64,000 nucleotides of DNA from Flaccisagitta enflata (taxonomy: Eukaryota): assembly GCA_965153355.1 (NCBI GenBank), contig OZ231126.1, positions 32,426,001 to 32,490,000 of the forward strand, read 5' to 3'. Positions 57,338 to 64,000 of the stretch are shown piece after piece (position 1 is the first letter of the stretch; the number at the start of each line of letters is the position of its first letter). The translations under genes were made by a program, and so were the position numbers. The notes under the pieces were generated by a model. That model was not told where the DNA came from and ran no database searches. It saw nothing but the letters and a program-made list of their open reading frames with translations.

Positions 57338-58027
57338 TAGCGCACAACTGTGAACAGAAAAGATTTACAACTTTTCTTTCCTTCTCCTTTGATATAATAC
57401 AAGGTGTGCAATAACAATAAATTGCATTTACAACAGAAATGCGAACAACTGCAATAAAAAGGAGCACAGCTGCAAGAAGAAAATCACATTCACGACGATT
57501 CTCTCTTCTGCCCTTGATTTCTTGTTTTCTACGTCTCCTTCTTTGTCTCATTTTTCTTTTATTCTTTTGTCTCTGTCTTTGACTATTTTGCCCTTGATTT
57601 CTTATGCTTGTGCCATCGATTCCTATCAAAATCTCCGAAGGGAAAACTCCATTTCCATTCCACTTTTTCTTTCTTGTTGCCTTTCCTCTTTTTTTTCTTT
57701 TAATCATTTCTTTTCTTTTTCTTTTCTTTTCTTTTCTTTTCTTTTCTTTTCTTTTCTTTTCTTTTCTGTTTGTTTGTTTGTCTCTTTGTGTCTCTTTCTT
57801 TCTACAATGTATATTTCTTTGATTTTCGTAAAGGCCACACACTCCTGTACGTCCGTACATTGATCCGTGATCAATTGCCCTACTCAATCAGTGTGAAAAC
57901 GCGCATTTTTGACCCAACTGCACAACTAGTGTTGACAGCGTGAACAGCCTTGTTACTCAGTTTCTCACATTACATTGCTTCTGGAACATGTCTTATTTTT
58001 TTTTTCAGGAGAAAAAAAAAACAGTTA

Positions 58028-58534
58028 CAGTAGATGTCGTCTATACTTGGAAATACGGGGGCCCTCATATCCTGATTATTATTTTTGCTAATGAAATGAA
58101 ACTGTGTGTGTATAATGCTTATGTCCTAATGGGTTGACGATAGGGTATGCAGCTCTGTTAATGGAAAATTCTTATGAATATACTTAATCAAATTCGTAGG
58201 GTGGGTCAGCCTCTGTAATCGGTCTAGTGGTTAACTCGCTTAACATCAGGTTCAACTTGATCAGTTTATTTAGTCAAAGGTTCCAGGTTCGAATCTCTGA
58301 CTGGTTTTGCACTTTAAGCAAATGGATGAAGCTGAAACTCTGCAAAAAAATGATTGATCCTAAAATCTTATACTTAAAGTTTTTTTCCTAGGGTAAGCCG
58401 TAGGGGGATGCCATACCCCATTGTCAACCCCTTTGGATCTATATATTACATCAGCAAAATATCAGTCCTCTTAACTATACTGATACTCAGGTTATGAGCT
58501 CCCCCGTATTTCCATGTCTAGACGACATCTGCTG
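58028..58534. mobile_element. Tc1/mariner-type MITE (CAGTAGATGTCGTCTA TIR, TA flanks)
   Basis: ta|cagtagatgtcgtctatacttggaaatacgggg ... ccccgtatttccatgtctagacgacatctgctg|ta. Confidence 0.85.
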
Positions 58535-59729
58535 TATATCAAGCGTGAGAGATTTACATCTGTGAGGGAACTTAAGAAGCAAGGTCGGATGCACGGTCCA
58601 GGCGAAAACGCACATAACAGCACAGATCGATATAGCAAATGGGACACTTGCAGGGTAAGAAAAAGACAGAGGAACATAGATAGACACAGAGACATACACA
58701 TGGTCAGATGCGGAGACTTAGAGATCATGCAGATTCCACTCCCCTTTAGTAGTAGTAATACACTTTTTTTTTTTATAAGAGACTTTTTTGCAATAGACAT
58801 GAGCGGGAGATTTGCCCAAACTTTAGGAACAAAATAAGAGAGTGCCCAGGCTGAGATTCAGTTTTGGTAGTTTTTAAGACATTTTTTCATGAAGATAAAA
58901 TGACGGTTTTTCAATTTTCTTTCGAAAAAATTGGCAGTTTTTTTTTTTAAACTACTTCATTGTAACGTTTTCCTGTTAAATAAAGCAACATATTCAAATT
59001 TTAGAGGTAATGAACAAGTTTTGAACTAATGGTACTTGTAACATTGCTAAATAATGTATTAATCGGGAAAAAAGTCGAAGTCAGTCTTCGACTTTTTGAC
59101 ATATTTAAGAGAAACAGGGTTTTCATTTTCTTATTAGGAAGTTGTGAATCTCCACCGACCGAATGAGGCCTCCATTGAAATTGATAGGGTAAGTAAATTT
59201 GATAATTCTCTTTCATTTGGCGCCAAGCAGAATGCTCTACGACAAATGTTTTTTGCGCTATGATTTTTTAAAGATTTATTTGCGAAAAATTCAAATGAAA
59301 TTTTTTTAAATTTTTTATGATTTTGTGTAGGATCAATAAAGAAGTGTACTTATGTTTACTCGAGCATGCAAATACAAAAAAACATGTTTACGAGCACAGC
59401 TGCTCATCTGTGAGGGCGTTTTGGAGCATTATAGCTCATTTAGCTCACTTAGCTCAGTCTTTTTTTTCTGATTTCAGATATGATAAAGAAATAAATATTT
59501 TCAAACTTGATTAAGCAAGCAGATGAAAAAAAACATGTCAGTGAGCAGAGCTGCTCATCTGTGAGGGCGTTTTCAAGTATTCTAGCTCATTTAGCTTGCT
59601 CTTTTTCTTTGATTGCTTTTGATTTGATCTAACAAATAAAAAAATTCAGTGACTGAAGATAAAAGCATGGTGAAAAGTGACCAATGCTCATGACTTATTT
59701 CCTCACGGCGACAGCCGCCATCACTGGTA

Positions 59730-60280
59730 CAGTAGATGTCGTCTAGACTTGGAAATACGGGGAATTCACTACAGGCAGACAAATAAATTTAAGAGACTGA
59801 TATTTGAAATATAAACTATTAGGACTTTATTGCTTCATGAGTTAGCTTATGGAAACACATTTATAGCTCACGCAAAGTATCAATATTTTGAGAATTTTGA
59901 GGAAACATTGTTTAAAATGAATTTTTAAACTTTTCATATGTTCTGTAAGAATATTGCTCGTTTAGCCATTGCTAGGGGGCGTTACTATGTGTGAAAGCCC
60001 TGTGATGCTCCCTAGCAACCGCCAAACGAGCGATATTCTTACAGAACATACTGTGGGAAAGTTGTAGCAAATTTCATTTTAAACAATGTTCCCTCAAAAA
60101 ATTTCTCAAAAAATTGATACTTTGGCGTAAATACATGGAAATGTGTTTCCATGGCAACCAACACCCATGGGCAATAAAGCATCATTTTATTAGTTTATAT
60201 TTCAAATATCAATCCTTTAGGCTTATTTATCTTCCTGTCATGAATTCCCCCGGATTTCCAAGTCTAGACGACATCTACTG
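59730..60280. mobile_element. Tc1/mariner-type MITE, same TIR family, largely palindromic interior
   Basis: ta|cagtagatgtcgtctagacttggaaat ... atttccaagtctagacgacatctactg|ta. Confidence 0.9.
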
Positions 60281-60817
60281 TATTCTTGTTTGCATATCTT
60301 ACGTTTGAAAATCAAGAACACTTTAAGAGAATTTGAGCCTCAAAACAGCAAAAAATTTAAGAACACCCAGGCTGAGCTCGAGAGATTTTGTCTCTTATAT
60401 AAATAAAGAAGTTTAGTAAAATTCTGCACTTCATGTTGAGCGTTTTACAATACACTTTCGTAGAAGAAGTAGAGAGACGACAGTTAAGAAAGTGTAATAT
60501 CATAAACAGAGGGGCAGAGTAGATTAGGACAAAAATAGGAAGGCAAAACGAGAAAAATCCTGAGGTCCTCTTTTCATTTGTTCATAATTTCGGTGGATAA
60601 ACGGTTAAACGATCCGTGGGAAGAAAAAAAAAGACAGAAGAAAAAAAATCGTAAAAAGTTACTCATTTATGAGCGAATTTGCGTGTCGCTGTGCGATATT
60701 TTTTTTCTTTGTTCGTGCACACTCGTTTGTGTGTGTACCATGCGTACGTGTGTACTTAAGCCTACGTGCGTTTTGACCGTCGTGTGCTTGAAGATTCTTG
60801 TTTTGGATATATCTCTG

Positions 60818-60880
<63 letters not shown>

Positions 60881-61300
60881 ACAGAGAGCAAATGACAGAC
60901 CGGATTTCCGCTTTAGAAAATGTTCCTCGTTCCAGCAAAGGCGTCTGCCAAACTCCTCTTCCTCAGCATCCTCCTCTTCTTCCTCTTCATCTCTTTTCTC
61001 ACAATCCTTCCTCCTCTTCATCCCCCATCCCCCCTCTTCTCCATTTTCCATGTGCAATGGCACCGTTGACGTCGTTTTTGTCGTTATGGACGTCACTTTC
61101 GTCATCAATGTTGTCATCATCGTCATCGTCGTGACCGTCGTCATCGTCGACGTCATCGTCACCTTCGTTATCGTCGTCACCATAGCCATCGTCGTCATCG
61201 TCGTCATCTGTCTCATCGTCGTCTTTGTGTCTTATCCCAGTTGCACGTTTCTTTTCTGATGATTCTCCCTTTCGCTGTTTTAAAGGGGAGAGACCAGAAT

Positions 61301-61432
<132 letters not shown>

Positions 61433-61513
61433 AACAGAGGCAGACGGATACAGAGACCGAGACGAAAAAAAGAAAGAAAAATGCGAAGGAAGGAAGGGAG
61501 AAAGAAAGAAAAA

Positions 61514-62027
61514 ACAGGTCGCCCAAGGGCAATACGTGATCAGCGATACCCGTTGCCCTGCTTTGCATGGTTGTAAATCGGAATGAGAGGCAGGGCAGCG
61601 AAGGGGACGAAGTCCTGTAGAACACAGGGGACTGCTGCTCCGTTGTCTCCGTCCATCCATCCGTCCGCCTCCCAGGCCCTCTCAGGCCTGAAACATGTCC
61701 TCTAAAGCCTAAAATCTGCCTTTCAGGCCTGGAAATCTGCCTCCTCTCAGGCCTTAAATCTGAGGGATTTTAGGCCTGGGAGGGCAGATTTTAGGCCTGA
61801 GGGGACAAGTTTCAGGCCTGAAAGGGCAAATTTTAGGCCTCTGAGGGCAGATTCAAGGCCTGAGAGGGCAGATTTCAGGCCTGAGAGGGCAGATTTCAGG
61901 CCTGAGAGGGCAGATTTCAGGCCTGAGAGGGACGAACGAATGGATGGACGAACGGACGGACGGACGAACGAACGAAAGTCCCCTGTGTTCTACAGGACTT
62001 CATCCCCTTCGGAGCCGCTGCCCAAAA
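61514..62027 (+). mobile_element. Family A element with two inverted 21-bp satellite arms
   Basis: aacaggtcgcccaagggcaata start; IR gtcctgtagaacacagggg / cccctgtgttctacaggac; ends gccgctgcccaaaaa. Confidence 0.75.
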
Positions 62028-62179
62028 AAGAAAGTAAGAAAGACAAGAAAGAGAGAAAATATTAGAAAAAAAAAAAAGGAAGGGAGAAAGAAAGAAAGCA
62101 AGGAAGCGAGCAAGCAAGCTAGCATGCAAGCAAGCAAGCAAGAAAGCAATAAGGCAAGAAAGACAGAAAGAAGGAAAGA

Positions 62180-63120
<941 letters not shown>

Positions 63121-64000
63121 GAGCAGCGTTCAGAGTTTGAATGAAAGAGAGATGACGGGCAGATGTTCGTAATTTGCATATATTTTGTTGTACGAGTTTC
63201 GCTCTCTTAGTCTGTGTCGTGTGAGTGCGCGTGTCCGGGCACGTTATCCACTCATGGATTATTTCGCGGAAAGTGAACTCATTTTAAGGAATGTACACTC
63301 ATGGCTTTTGTTAACCTTGTTTGTATTGGTATGTTGCGTTTTCAAAAAAGGATGTGGAAGTGGCCCAAATCTCAGCCTCAAGGCCCATATCCTAGCCACT
63401 AGGCCCAAATCCCAGCCTCGAGGCCCAAATCTAGCCTTGAGGCTCAAATTTCAGCATTAAGTCCCCAATACCAATTGCTAGAAGGAGGAGGAGAAAGAGG
63501 ACGAGGAGAAAATTCCTCATAGGTGTAAAAGCATAGGTCATCGACCCAGTTATTCCGTTGGCGTTATTATGGCATAATCGTCCCAAATAGGGGAACGACG
63601 TATCAAAACTCCTAGTATGCAGCAGTATCAAAACGTCCAAAAAACCATTTAAGCATACAACAACGTCCTTTTGTGGTTGTAATCTGGAGTTTCAAAACGC
63701 AGGCATAGTTGCCGTTTTGAAACCGCGTTTTTTGGGAGTATCAAAACTGCATAAAAAGGGGTTTTGAAAACATGACTAAAATAACATTTCTTTTTCACTT
63801 CTAGCCAGTTTTTTTTTGGCATTTTAAAAACTTGATAGAAATGCTTTTTTAACACGTGGTGATAGTGCAGTTTCAAAACTGAATATGAACGCGGTTTCAA
63901 AACTTAATTTTTTTGCAGTTTCTGAACTGTAAAAAATAAGCTTTTTGTAACGTCCTTCAAAGTAGTAAAACATTACACATTTACACAGCAAATTTACATA

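Overview
Repeat-dense eukaryotic (probably invertebrate animal) genomic DNA. Most ORFs in the track are artefacts of (AG)n, (AC)n, (CAA)n and (AAAG)n microsatellites. The main feature is a full-length tyrosine-recombinase (DIRS/PAT-like) retrotransposon at 17699-23318. It carries gag (CCHC), RT-RNaseH-methyltransferase-like pol, YR, and split direct repeats in the order A1...B1-A2...B2. Its internal B1-A2 junction sits inside a predicted GT-AG intron of gag and forms a lox-like site (19/20-bp inverted arms around an 8-bp spacer). Splice-site phases suggest Gag, Pol and YR could be made by alternative splicing. This copy is damaged by a MITE in pol and a nonsense codon in YR. The window also has two exons of an SLC28/CNT nucleoside transporter, two uncertain low-complexity minus-strand reading frames, many MITEs (several nested), two families of HINE/DINE-1-like elements carrying satellites, and several minisatellites. 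All calls were read by eye with no database searches.
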